NCBI GenBank assembly: GCA_964187785.1
Contig: OZ076413.1
Location: forward strand, 58,032,001 to 58,096,000
From: Amphiscolops sp. MND2022
Lineage: Eukaryota
Direction of reading: 5' to 3'
Length of the DNA: 64,000 bases
The notes beneath the pieces are model-generated. The model was given only the letters and a program-made list of their open reading frames with translations. It was not told where the DNA came from and searched no databases. This document shows, piece by piece, positions 8,482 to 20,957 of this stretch (the first letter of the stretch is position 1; each line of letters begins with the position of its first letter). A program made the position numbers and the translations under genes.

Positions 8482-9327
8482 TGTTTCCAACAACAACAAA
8501 TTTATTCTGAAAACAATAATGTTAAACTACTGCAAAAAAAACAATCATTTTGACTGTTGAAGGAGCTTCAGCAGTGACCAACAGAGTGGATGAGAGCTGC
8601 TTGCTTGAAGAAGCGTGTTTTTAATTGATGGGAAAAAAGTTTATAAAAATTATACATTCTAATGCAAAATTTTTTTTCGCAGTGTGGAAAAAGGGCAGAA
8701 TTCGTTATGTTATGTTGATCGTTGTGAATCTTGTATAGTTGTCGGGTGGTAAACAAGAGCTACTCTAACTGCTATTCTCAGTCAATAAAGATGAAAACAA
8801 AAAAAATTTTTTGAAAAAAAAATTCACATGAAAATATTGAGTGAACCCTAGACATGGGCACATCAAATTCGTCTAATTTTTCGTCCCAAATCTAAATTTT
8901 GCATCAAAACAGCGTTTCTTGTAAAACTGGAGTTTTTCAAAAATTTTGCCCCATGGGGGGATTTTTTCCCTTTCGGAAAATAATTTTTCAAGAGGGTTTT
9001 TTTTCGTCTTTCCAATGATATATATGACGATGGGTGTTCATGATAGTCATTGACAAGTGAAATTTCGAGTTTTAAAATTGAAAAAAAATGACTGAAACTA
9101 AGTTTTTCCGTGAGTCAAGACCATGCATTCATGTTTAAATTTTAATTCCAACCAGAATATGTCAATAAAAGCGCATTTCAGAATTTTTCATTTTTCTCCA
9201 TGATAAGGGGTTGTTGACGTTCCAGTGTTAACGTTAAACAAAGTAGTAATTGATTATGTACAAAACTAGATTCAAATCCAAAAAGTGAGTCTTTAAGATG
9301 TTAGTGTTAAATGAAGAAAACTACAAC

Positions 9328-10486
9328 TTAGCTATTAGTTGTTTTTGGAGACGCCAATTGAAGAACATCGAGCAAAGTTCGTTCCAAAAACTGCTCAGTG
9401 TAGTGAAATTGGTCAGTCATGTCGACGCCCCTGGTACGCATCTTGTGCACGTTCAAAGATTTGCACTTTTCGAGCTGTTTCTGCAAAACTTTATCGACCC
9501 TTTTCTTGTTCGAATTGGGAAGAAGTTGATTACGTCTCGCCAGACCAATCACTAGTTTGACACCTTTAGTTCTGCAAACTCTGTTCCAGAGCATTAGTTT
9601 TTCCGTAAGGTCTTTAGGTGACAGTGTTGAAACACTATTGTTCCCTTAAACACATTGTTTCCCAACCAACAATCTTTTTTTAATCGCAAAAAACTCAATT
9701 TTGTTGCTACGGGGCAACAGGGTTAGGGTTAGGGTTAGGGTTAGGGTTAGGGTTAGGGTTAGGTTTGAAAAAAAAAACAAAAGAGTACAACTAACTTGGT
9801 GGCATTGTGAGCGAATTGTAGAGAATGTCGGGAAAGATAAAGACGAACTGACACTCTGGTCGAGAAAGGGCTCGAAACAACAAGGAGTCAAGGGTAGGTT
9901 TAGAAGAGGAGGAGTATTCATGTCGACCGCCACTTTCGGCGAGAATTTGGATATGTTTATAATGAGATGAATCCTTAATGATTCTAGAAAGATTTGAAGC
10001 ACCAATAACAATCGCGTGCTTTTTTTCCATAAAACCTGAAAACAGATGATGTGTTATTTCATTGTCAGAGCAGAATAGTTTTGGTACTAGAACAAATCGT
10101 GCAAGTACAGACAAAAACAAAAAAACATGCAAATATTCATATTAGAACTGATTTTTGATACAATAATACTTATGAGAGTTGTTTATGCGTTTTTGGAGGG
10201 CCTGGAGGATACCCACATCAAGGGTACCTTTCCTCCAGGCCTCCACACATGCGCGCAGGAGCCCGCGCTCGTGCTTTCTGATCGCCCAGAAGGCGAACAG
10301 ATCGAGCACGGGCTCCATCGCAGTCCCATCGATGTAGGATTGGATTCCCTGCAGCAAAAAGGTATTGGTTTTTTTAACGAGTGTTTAACCTGAAGTTTCG
10401 AAAACAAAACTTAACGTACCTCGTGACGACAAATCATCAGCAAAGCGTCCCATGTCTCCGCCGATATTTCAGTGAGGCAGGAACCT
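9328..10486 (-). CDS. Spliced gene encoding an SGNH/GDSL-hydrolase-like domain; predicted exons about 10486-10420, 10348-10228, 10035-9796 and 9644-9328
   Basis: The GTTAGT...TTTAAG intron 9795-9645 joins the two largest exons in phase. This gives IVIGASN (block I), ESGG (II), PDILYNS (III) and DQFH (DxxH, V). The upstream GT-AG junctions are also in phase but less certain. Confidence 0.65.
9719..9763 (+). repeat. Interstitial telomere-type repeat, (TTAGGG)6 plus partial units
   Basis: Six perfect TTAGGG units at 9723-9758 with flanking partial units. Confidence 0.97.
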
Positions 10487-12049
10487 CTACATTTTTTGTT
10501 AATTAACCCCCAAGAATAATGATCCAAAAGGTCCATTTCTTGGAGATTTAACATTTTGTTTAGGAAATGGTCTCAAGAATTGTTGCTGGTAACTTTTTGT
10601 TGCTGGTTGTTAAGTATTGTTGCTGGTGTTTAAATTTCTGAGCAAGGAATGAATTTTCCGTGCTCGTCAGGCTCAACCCACTAAGCACCTCCTCCGATTT
10701 TTTCGAGTTTCACTTTTATCTGGGAAACATCAAAGATTTTAACCCAGGCACAATTTCCATATCTAATCATTTGGAAACTCGGATAAACAACCATATTCAC
10801 TTTTTAGGGCCCATAAGACCTCGATCAAAGGCTCGGCTATCTTTTGAACCTGCTTTCAAAGTGTTGCAGGGTCCACCTTTATTCCTTTGAAATTCAGAAC
10901 CCACCAAATTTGAGTTTCCAAGTGATGAATCAAAGAAAAGACCGACACTCTGTTAATTGGCATTGTTTTTTTTTTCAGTTATAATTAACAAAAAAATGTT
11001 GCCTTCACAATTCCAAAACAAATTAGAAGGCATTTTGATTGCTTTTTTTCCAAAAATTTAGCATTTTTTCCCGAAATTTTCATGCTTTTCTCAGACATTT
11101 TAGGTCATTTTGTCTCTTTACAGAATGTGAAAATTCGGTGTAAAAAGAAGCTGGGATGATTTCCATATGCTTGCTGGAATAGTTAATGACTGTTTCCATT
11201 ACGCAAATGAAGGCAATATCAGGGAAATTTGTTCCACAGCAATCACACTTCTAAAGAAAGGTAATATAATCTAAGAGCACATTCATTTCAAAGTTGCTAG
11301 ATTAAAAGAATTTTTATTGATTCCATTTCCTTTCATCCCATCTGCGTTCCATTTCCATTCCTAACAAACCACTCCTTCCATTTTTATTACTTTCCAGCAC
11401 GCCAAGGTAAGGAACTTTCCTTTCATTGCCTGAAATACGAACAAAAAATTATCGGGCCTGTATTTTGTTTTCGGATTTTGTTCGGCTCTCGGTGATTTTT
11501 TTTTGTTCGGATATGTCATGTTCGTATCGCAAATATTACGTAACGTTTCAGAAAGTTTTGTTGTCCATATTTGGTTACTCACTCAACCCCCCCCACATAT
11601 AATGCCACGTACATTTACTACTTGAGACCTTCATCAATTTACCGCGGTTTCGATGCAAATAATTTTCAGTCACATTATAAGTTTCAACGTAGCGTCATAT
11701 TCAGCGTGCTATTTGACTAATGGTGTTTACATGAGGTAGTTGCTTGAGAAACTTACGTGTGAAGAGAAAGTGATCACGGTGGTGAAGAAGTAGAAATGTT
11801 TTCAGTTTTAACTCAAATAGTGAAAGCTGCATAGTAATCCTACAAAATGCTTCCATGCATGGTCCCTGAATTTTCCATGTTTTATAAAAAAAATAGCCGG
11901 CATTTTTCGAAGGTGCCTGTAAAACTTCGCGGCAACTTCGACTAGGGGTGGCATGTTTTCTTTCGTCAGTTCAACCTTTTGTGCGTTATGCACTTTTTCC
12001 ATTTCTATTTAGTACTTAATTTTGAACGCATCCAAAGCCTCTAACATGG

Positions 12050-12388
12050 AAGAAAAAACCATTCCAAAGCAGAATGGTCCCTCCTTTCCACTTTTTTCGA
12101 CACTATGAGACTTTCCCTTTTTTCGGCTCTATGAGATCTTTTTTGAAAATTTTTCGATGTCTCCAAAGGGCCCCTCCTTGACCTTTTTTGATGTTTTACA
12201 ACAGAATGGATGTTGAAAAACCCCAAAGGGTCCCCCTATCAAATTTTTGCGGCACCGTGAGACCTTTCACATTTCTCAATTTTTCAATCGATGTTTTTTT
12301 GATGCTCCAAAGGGTTCCCCTTCGATTTTTTTTTCATTTTTTCTAACAGAATGAATGTTTGAAAAATTTGGGCCGTTCCCGGCTTGTT
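12050..12388 (+). mobile_element. Partial copy of the dispersed about 480-bp HINE-like repeat family
   Basis: Shares AAAGGGTCCCC subrepeats, ACAGAATGGATG and the CCCGGCTTGTT end with the 22768-23245 copy. Confidence 0.55.
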
Positions 12389-12840
12389 CTCTTTTGGCTA
12401 AATAATAGTAGGTGCTTCGAAAAAAGTTGTCAGATCGAATGACTAGCAACAGTATTTGAAATTGTTTCGAAAGAATTGTTGACAAAACATGTGTCACAAC
12501 CCCACTGTTGTGTTGGAGCCATGGGGCAATTCGTAAGGAAACTAGAATCTGCCAAACCCAATTTTTAGCAGATTATCAACTTTTCTTATTCAACAAGGAC
12601 TATAAACTAATCCCGCTAACATCATAACTTATTCATTTAACTTCATATTTGTTGTTCTTATTTCAAACTGAGTTCTGTTTTACATTGTTATACATTTGAA
12701 ATATTAGAAGCGTAAGTTTCATTCATCATTAGATACTGATCTGACTCAATTCTTGTTCACACAGTTTGTGAGAGCTAAATTTATGCTAATATGTGGAACT
12801 TGAACAAATTATACGTCACTATGCGGATCGAGCAAAGACG

Positions 12841-12915
12841 AGTATTCGGCAGTATGCGGATTACAGATGAAGAGTATGCGGCAGTATGCGGATTACAGAT
12901 GAAGAGTATGCGGCA
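12841..12915 (+). repeat. 32-bp tandem repeat, about 2.3 copies
   Basis: Unit AGTATGCGGCAGTATGCGGATTACAGATGAAG. Confidence 0.9.
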
Positions 12916-14078
12916 TCCTGCGGTTCGAGCAGTGACGTATCTTCGTCATTATGCGTTTTTACCTGGATTACCTATATGAAGTAACTACGTGATTCTCTGC
13001 TATTGGATAACTTTTGAAATACATTTCATATGATATTTAGTGCTATTTCTAGGGTTCTACCATTCGCTTTTCCATTCGTGTTTGGAGTATCACGCAGTTA
13101 CAATTAGGATATATATAGTATGACGTTATTTGACGTAATTCTATTTTTGTATTTTCTGAGGAATGACTTCAGGAAAAACGAGTGTCATGATATCATTTTT
13201 GGAGCTATTTTGCTGTAATTTGAAAACCCGGATCATAACAAAAACTACTTTCATAAAGTGCAGTCGTTTCACGAATTGACTTCTTTTCATAACTGCAAAT
13301 CCTTCGTGTACCGTCAATTTCATACTCTCTAATTTGATTTCCTCGAATTTGCTAGACATTCAAATTCGTCCCCGAAAAGCCAGAACCTATTTTCTGTTGA
13401 GCAAAGATGGGAAAAGAAGAAACAGGAGACAAGTGATATTGAAAAAGACCTTCGGGATCCAAAAATGAGAGGTCTATAGGAGTTCGCGCATCTAATAACA
13501 AAAATCCAGAATCAGAAAACGACAATAATCCTCTCAGAGCTTCAAAGGTGAAAGACTTGAAACATCCAGCCAAATCATTGTACCAAACCGAACTGAACTT
13601 AGAAGACAGAATAATAGCTTCAGAAGAGGATTATCACAACATGGAAACTTGGAGAGCTTCAAAAATCCCATAGTACCATCTTTAGAGTCACTTATATTAT
13701 TTTCTGAAGGTTTGAAGAATCCTTGATTGAAGATTACATTACACAGCGATAACTATATTTTTATTGATAGACTGAAGCAATGAAATATTCTCAGTACTTT
13801 GTTAGCAAATTATACTATTTTGAAGAGTAAAACTTAAAATGTGTTCAATTTCAGTATTTCATTTCGTTGTTCTTTGCATGTTTCACTACTGGAACAGAAA
13901 ACAACAAGACACGAAATTTCAACTTCAAAATTCGAACATTTGTGATAAAATATTCGTGAAGGAAATTTCTGTAAACAAAATACTGAGAATCATTCTACGA
14001 GGAGCATTTGAAGTGTAGCTCTCAATAGGTGGCTCTCAGCAAAAACTTCACCTAAAGATGGCTCGAAACTCAAAAATA

Positions 14079-14160
14079 TGTAGACGTCTTTAGCAGTTAC
14101 TGCGAAAAAACATTCACGCATCGCATTCAATTGATAAAGTAACTGCTAAAGACGTCTACA
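14079..14160. repeat. 23-bp inverted repeat with a 36-nt spacer
   Basis: TGTAGACGTCTTTAGCAGTTACT at 14079-14101 and its reverse complement at 14138-14160. Confidence 0.92.
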
Positions 14161-14369
14161 AAACGAAACGAAGTTAAACGTTTCGCAAAATTACAACGTG
14201 AAAAAACGAACGCATAAACTGTTTCGAGTTCAATGTTTGGAATCTTTGCCAAGAAGTACTTTATAAAGTACTTCTTGGCTAAGATTCCAAACATTGAACT
14301 CGAAACAGTTTATGCGTTCGTTTTTTCACGTTGTAATTTTGCGAAACTTTTAACTTCGTTTCGTTTTGT
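14158..14369. repeat. 212-bp spacerless palindrome
   Basis: Centre between 14263 and 14264 (AAGTACTTTA/TAAAGTACTT). The 106-bp arms differ at 2 positions by manual comparison. Confidence 0.95.
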
Positions 14370-14751
14370 GTGGACACATAATAATAGTTTATGTCTTGAG
14401 TTTTTGTCGCATAAATTCCGTATTTATTAACAAGAAACTGAAGGGTTCTGAAACGTTTCTGTCACCCATCCGGAATGGATCTATCATTATATAACCAGTA
14501 TCTGATCATAATGTCAATTCTAGTCGAAAGTATCGAAAAGTTTTCACCCCAAACGATAACCAGGCTGAAAATCTGTTTTCAACGCTGTTCGTATAGGTTG
14601 TTCACAAATGTTCTGAAACAGAACGCCCAAAAATTTATACTCGTTTCATTTTTTGGACATCTAGTTGGTGAACAAAATATCAGCATGTGTTCCGCAACAG
14701 GCGGAAATATGCAGCTGGACTGAGTTGTCACTCAAAAAATATAAATCACAA

Positions 14752-14941
14752 TTTTAAAGCTGGGAAAATCTCAAAGGAACAATTGTCATTGATTTGATGC
14801 AACTGTATTGTATAAATAGACCTTTTGGCAAGTGGAGATTTCTTTTTCTAAATTGAGCACAGTTGTGTTGTCCACAGCCTGTTGACACGATTCAAAAATT
14901 CAGTGAGGTTACGTAATCGTGACTGCTAGGGCTATGCCACA
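14752..14941 (-). repeat. LTR-like repeat (left copy)
   Basis: On the minus strand it begins TGTGG. It is similar along its length to 19630-19821. Confidence 0.6.
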
Positions 14942-17900
14942 CTAGATGAAAAAAAATCATGGGTCTATTTAATTTGCAAGAAATTGAAAGATTTACATGA
15001 AATGCTCTGAATGTAAGTACATGTGATGTGGATATATCATAATATGACAACAACATAAACAACATGCACAGTTTCTTTAGTTTAGTTTTGTTTGTTTTGC
15101 TTTAGCTTTTCCTGATTTCAGATGTCTTGGGAATTCTCTCTCTTCATTGTCCTTGTGTACACATGGGTTACCATGACGTCTTGTTTATAGTATTCGGGCT
15201 TTGCTCAATTTCTTTTTCTTCGTCTTGTTTGTAATTCCGCGTCTCTCCCGCTTCTGATCGCCTTGTCGTTTTTTCTTGAGTTGTTGGTTCTCTTCTTCAC
15301 TTTCTCTATTCGCTTCTTCCTCTTCTTCTGAGCCTCATTGTGTGCTTTTTTCCTGCTTCGATCGTTTCTTTCTGCCTTCTTTCACTTTCGTTTTTTTTCG
15401 CCTGCAAATGCTTTTTTCTTATCTTTTCTTTTGAGGTTGTTTGATGCTGCTGGTTGTCGTTTTTTGGTGCTTTCTTTCACACCATGTCTTTCTCATTGGC
15501 TGTTTCACTTTGTTGTGACAGCGTCTCTGTTCTGACTAAATCCTGCGTCTTACTAACATTCAGTGTCTGCCAACTCATTCTTTCCTGCCATATTATTCTT
15601 TTCTGGCTGTCTATTCTTTGTTGTCCGTTTTGAGCAGCACCTGTTGTTGTTCTGCTCCTCCTAAATCCCTCTTGAGGATTTATTTCGTGTGAGATTTTCC
15701 TGCTGGCAAGAACGTTATTGTGTGATCAGTTCGCTCAAACAATGCCTCCTTTCTTTTTCACATGCTCCTACCAGCTTGAATCCTCTAACACGCTCCTGGA
15801 TCAGAATAGTAGAGTCTTGTCCTGATTCAAAATCTTGAGTGTCAATTGGACATGTTGAGCTTCTAAAATGGACCGAGATTTATTAATTGAACTTTATTTA
15901 ATCGTGTTGGGTTCTTGTGTCGTGAATTTTTCGTCTGGTGATTTATTCTTGGCTCTTGGGTTCATTCATGCAGCAATTAGGATTTCGGAGTTGCTCGCCG
16001 AAGTTATTAGAGAGTTCACGTCTGAATATTGCAGCCCGGTCTGTTCTCGGTACCTGAGGAATTTCGAGCCTTGCTGTGTGTTCTTTGAGCAATGCGATTA
16101 CCTTCTCAGTATCCAGCTTTCGTAGACATTTTGCTTCTTGCCATTCATCAGAGTGGTCTTGTGAGACTGCTATCTATTTCGTCGTTCTTACATAGTTTTG
16201 AAATAACCCAGCAAAATTGATTACTATTTCTTGATTATTCTCTACGCAATTTTTCAATAGACTTATTTGGTTCTGTCTTGAAATTGGTTTGACACTCTTG
16301 TCGACTTACTAGCATTGTTGGTACGTTTTGGCAATTGCCACTATCTCGCGATATAGTTGTGAGCATCACACATTTGAGACAGTTGCGAGCATACTGTCTC
16401 GTCCAGGGTGTTCAGAATGTAGACTCCGTAAAATGATTGGCTGTAGTGCCTAAAGTACTACGACGAAACACGAGCTTCTCATCTTTGTACTGTTAATCAA
16501 TTGAATCTAGAATAAAACATCTTGACTTTTCTGTCCACGGTGCTGGCAATCTATTTCCGCGGGATACGGTTTCTTCACTAGGGTTTTCATTTTTTTTGTA
16601 TAAACTCAACAACTTTAACGTGCGCGGCCAATGTAATTTTGCCTAACGTTTGAAGAAGTTCCACCTGGTTTATCGAATTACAGACTGTAGTTTTCCACGG
16701 AGACTTGATAGCAAATTCAGTCTTCTCGGTCTCACAAAAGTCGCTATCGGAGTTAAAAGTACAAATTTTCTTAATTATGCGTCTGCTGTTGATGGAATTA
16801 TCATAGGAAATTTTGCCTTATTGTCATTTGTGTACTTCTTTTCTCAGTGCGTTTTAACTTGCCTGCTTCACTCCAGGCCGTCTGTTCTTTAACTTCTGCA
16901 TGTTGGCTTGTGAGTGGCTGGTTTGCATTTCTTCGTTTATTCTGCACGCCTAAAACAGGTTTTTCCATTTTGTTCCGCTTAAGGTAAACCAAATACTTGA
17001 TAATTACTTTTTTAGTTGGGTATTTTAAATACTAGGCGATGAATGCCTTGACAGGTAATCCGCTATTCACAGAGCTCTTCCCTTTTTGTATGGTACTGGG
17101 ATTTGGAGAAGCAGAAACATGTCTACCCATCTCATTTGTAAGCCCCATTTTGCTTTAATAGCGCTATTACTGCTTTGTGATCCAATATAACTTCCCTATT
17201 CTGTCTTTTTCATGTGATTTCTCAAGTTTCTACCGCCCACGCTACCGCATAAAAATTCGAAAGCATTTTGCTACTACTTTTGGTCAAAGTTAGTTAAGAA
17301 TGGCTCCCTGGCTTTTGCGGCTTTTTGGCGCAAAACGGCTCCCAATACACTTTTCTTGGCGCCAAACACAATCCTCAAAGGGTTGGCTCTTTTCGAAGTG
17401 CTGTAGTTTTGTTGTTTCCCTATGGTTTTTTTTTCTGAATGGCCCTGTTATTCTCTTTACTCCAATTGCACTCTTTCTGTTTTGTCAACAAAGGTCGTAG
17501 GGGTGCACATTGTTGTGCCAAGTTTGGAACGAACCTGCTCACCTGATTTAAAGCTCCCATGATAGACCGGAGTTCTTTCAAACTTTTCAGTTTCAATTTT
17601 TTTTGGCAGCCTGAATCATTTCTTCAATAGGTTTGATTCCATTCGCTGACATCTTGAATCCCAGCCAGTCTGTTGCGGTTTTTGAGAGTTTGCTTTCCCC
17701 TAGTTTCAACCGATTCCATCCCTCGTCAAATGTCCGAAGTAAATCTACATCTTTCTTTATGTGCTGTTCCTAGCTGTCTTTAATTACAATCAGAATGTTG
17801 TCAATGAATGCAAATGTTTTCCGAATGTTGTGCAAGATTCTGTTTATAGATTTCTGGAACTCTGGCGGCAATTTTGTCAATCCATAGTATCTATTGAACG

Positions 17901-19629
17901 TATAAGTTTCTGTTGCTTTTTGACTTTTAATCTGGTATTTGCTATGCATTGCTGTATCTGGGAGAAGTTCTGGTTGTCCATATGAGTACAACATTTCCAA
18001 GGACGTGAACATCATGGTTCCTTCTGGGCGTATCATCTCTTATATTTTTCTCATCAAATTATCCAGGTTTGGCATCTAGTACCTGTCCTTCTGTGTGTCA
18101 TTGTTCAAAGAATTGGAATCTAGCGCTATTTTGACAGTTTTGTCCTTCTTGGGTGCTGTCACAACTGGCCGTATGAAGGCTTCGTCAGTTCTTTATTGAC
18201 CAGTGGTATGTGCCTGTTTTTCAGCAACTTGGCGAATTCTGATTTCACTATCTCCTGTAGTTGCAGCGGCACTCTCTTCGCATTTTCGTGGGTTATTTTT
18301 GCGTTTTGCGTGATCTTGATTTTTGTTTGTCTTTTCTTTTTACTTGGCGGGTGATTCTACTGTGGATCTTTTGTTTCAATGTTCCAATGTACGATGTTAT
18401 TGCTATTCAAAAAATTGGTGTATTCACAGAACTCGCCAACATTGAAGTTCAACTTAGCTAGTCAATCTCTCCCAGTCAGTTGCTTCCATCTTTCGTAATT
18501 TTGATCCTTGCAGTTTTGATCTTTTTTCCAATTTGCGCTCCCGCTCGTGTGAAAATGGTTATCAGTGAACCTAAGTCTACAATGACAGAAGTGTTTCTTT
18601 GATGATCTTCCCTTTCATCACGATTGGTTGATTAACTCGGCTGACGTCAGTGTGAAGGACCATGTTGTCCTCTTCCGTTTCTCACGTTGCTGTTTCCTGA
18701 TTAAACATCGTCTTGTCCAATTAGGTTAAATCTCCGCATTACGTTCCTTTGCAGCTTCTGCCTCTTCCTCTGAAGTTGCGAGATTTCGGTTTTTTGCACG
18801 TTCATTCGGGGTGGCGAACTATTGCGCAATTTCGAAGTTTCTCGTTTTTTGCTTGACACACAGCTACATGACTTGGTGTGAATTACAGTCTCTATCTAGT
18901 TAACTGGTTCTTTACCTCGTTCACTACAAACACCGGTTCTTGTTTGCCTTTTTTCTCTGTGTTCTTTTCTCGGTACATTTTATGCTGGTCAAATCCTTAT
19001 TTGTACGCAACTGCAAATCGAAAAACACCTTGTGGATCATGTTCGGTTCAGTGCAGAGTTTTTAAGCACAATTTTGCTGTTCATGTTTTGAATAAACGTA
19101 TCCACCATCAACTCCACCAACAGTCTTTTTGATCAAGATCGCATTCGGCTGCTAATCGCGTCAACATGTGCCAACACAGTCGTAATGTCTTTTTTCTTTT
19201 CGCTTTCGAGCGATCAATTGGTAACGTTGTAATGTTCTGCTCCATTGTCTGCCGAATGCTTGCTTGCTTTTTCTGTTTCTTGTAAGGTCACTGTGGCCAC
19301 TATCATGTGCTAAAATTTGTTGAACAATATTTTTCTGCATGTTGTACCAAGTGATAGGAAAACAGACACACACCAATTTCCTTTCTGCTGCTTGCGCGTT
19401 CAAGGTATTGCTGAGTCTGCTTCTCGTGGACTCCGAACCGTTATCCTTCGTAGTACTTCACTATGTGATTGTGAATAGTTTGCATTTGCGGCGACTATAA
19501 AAAGGCCCCATCATTGCTCTCATTCTGTTGTAGGAGCTGTTGAATCCCAGTATGATGGCATCCCCGATAAAGCTGCCGAGCACCCAATTTTTGACAATTC
19601 TCGGCTGGTTGACGAATCTCCTAGTGCCA

Positions 19630-19821
19630 TGTTAAAGCTGGGGATGGCTTAAGAGAAAACTATTATTAATTTAATACATGTGTTTTGTCTCAATAAAGCT
19701 TGTGGCAACTGATGACTTCTTTTTCTAAGTTGAGCACAGTTGCGTTAGTCCACAGTCTGTTAACTCGATTCAGAAATTTAGTGAGGTTTTATAATCGTGA
19801 CTGCCAGCGCTCTACCTCACA
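19630..19821 (-). repeat. LTR-like repeat (putative 5' LTR)
   Basis: On the minus strand it reads TGTG...TTAACA and is followed directly by TGGCACTAG (PBS-like). Confidence 0.65.
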
Positions 19822-20089
19822 CGTTTCAAAATGTCTGTACCTATAAAAGTGTTATGATTTTCTAATTCAAGTTCCAAGTTCCCGCTTGTTCTGTTTGATG
19901 TTTTCCGCTAAACTGATGCTTCTCCGAATGCATGGCACAAAAATATACTCAGAACATTTTGGACTTGTTATTAGCAAAAGTTCGTTATCACATTTGCGAA
20001 TGGATAATTTGTAGTGGGGTTACCTATTACGCGTCTTTACTTCAATGTAGTCTTTTTTGAGCTCTAAGCAAGACATTTAGTTTGTTTTG

Positions 20090-20585
20090 CCAAGTCAACC
20101 CATTCTACTAAGCAAAAACAAAAGCAAACTTTTGGAATTTTTAACGTCCATTCCGTTGCAAACTATCAAAAAACTGAAGGAAGCCATTGAATAATTTTCG
20201 GGAAAAAAAGGAAAAATGAGAATTTTGAACTGTCTTTTAGTGCCGAATAATGTAAAAGGGGGAAGTTTGGGCCTTTTCAACATCCATTTCGTTGCAAAAT
20301 ATCAAAAACAATGAAGGAGGACCCTTTGAAGACATTTACATTTTTTCGTCAAAAAAGCCTCACAATACCGGAAGAAACTTAAGGAGGGACCCTTTAGTCT
20401 CACCCAATATTGTATGTTACGATGAAAAAAGGAACAACGTTATTAGTTCAGTTCCTTAGGCCAAAGGATCCAATTTGGCCCCTCAAAACTTTGTAAAAAT
20501 TCGTACAACTATTTTGGTCAGTTCATGTGGATTGAAAAAAAGAATCACTATGATAGTCGCGTTTCACTTCATGAAGCGCCGACTA
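20090..20585 (-). mobile_element. HINE-like non-autonomous repeat copy
   Basis: Ends in AAGCGCCGACTAAAAA, the reverse complement of the TTTTTAGTCGGCGC terminus at 22768 and 40738. Confidence 0.65.
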
Positions 20586-20957
20586 AAAATATCACAATGA
20601 ACATAAGAAAACTGACAAAAGTGATTGAAATTGACTTGTTAAATCAACTTATTTGTTATGTTGAGCATATCGTAGTTTTCTACTTTTAAGCGTTGAAGTA
20701 CTAGTTTCAAACTTTAGGAAGAACTTTCCGTGCTTGTGCTGATTAGACAAACACTAAAGCTGAAATTATTATAAGATGAAGAATTAGAAAACTTCATAAG
20801 AAATATATGAGGTCATGAGTTTTCATCCACGGTCATTCATGGCATCATGGCTTTCCATCGATGATCATACATGAATCATTTATAATTTTCTTTGATCATG
20901 AGTTCATATTCGGCTTGGCGAATCGATGAACGTTAGATGGAAAGCAATGAATAATTA

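Larger units (their letters stand above)
14752..19821 (-). mobile_element. Decayed Ty3/Gypsy LTR retrotransposon
   Basis: Minus-strand RT relic (YGQ...YGLTKLPPEFQK..FAFIDNILIV, 17770-18036), integrase HHCC relic (LHSEHPGRD, about 16400) and a C-terminal segment homologous to ORF 23492-24220. It is flanked by diverged about 190-bp LTR-like repeats, with a PBS-like TGGCACTAG next to 19630. Many stops and frameshifts. Confidence 0.78.

Noticed and set aside
8500-9300. Right terminus (TIR) of the Polinton
   Set aside because: No AG...CT-type TIR can be confirmed without the left end. GAGCTACTCT near 8757-8766 is only a weak candidate.
9646-10011. ORFs with RVRVRV (9701-9970 +) and LTLTLT (9646-10011 -) runs
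   Set aside because: They are translations of the TTAGGG tract. The region is better explained as an intron of the minus-strand gene.
11123-11260. Exon-like segment bounded by TTTACAG and GTAATA
   Set aside because: All three frames contain a stop near the acceptor and no partner exons or motifs were found.
13350-13680. Possible 3' end of another Gypsy ORF (ending SEEDYH)
   Set aside because: It is too short and interrupted, with no diagnostic motif or confirmed LTR.
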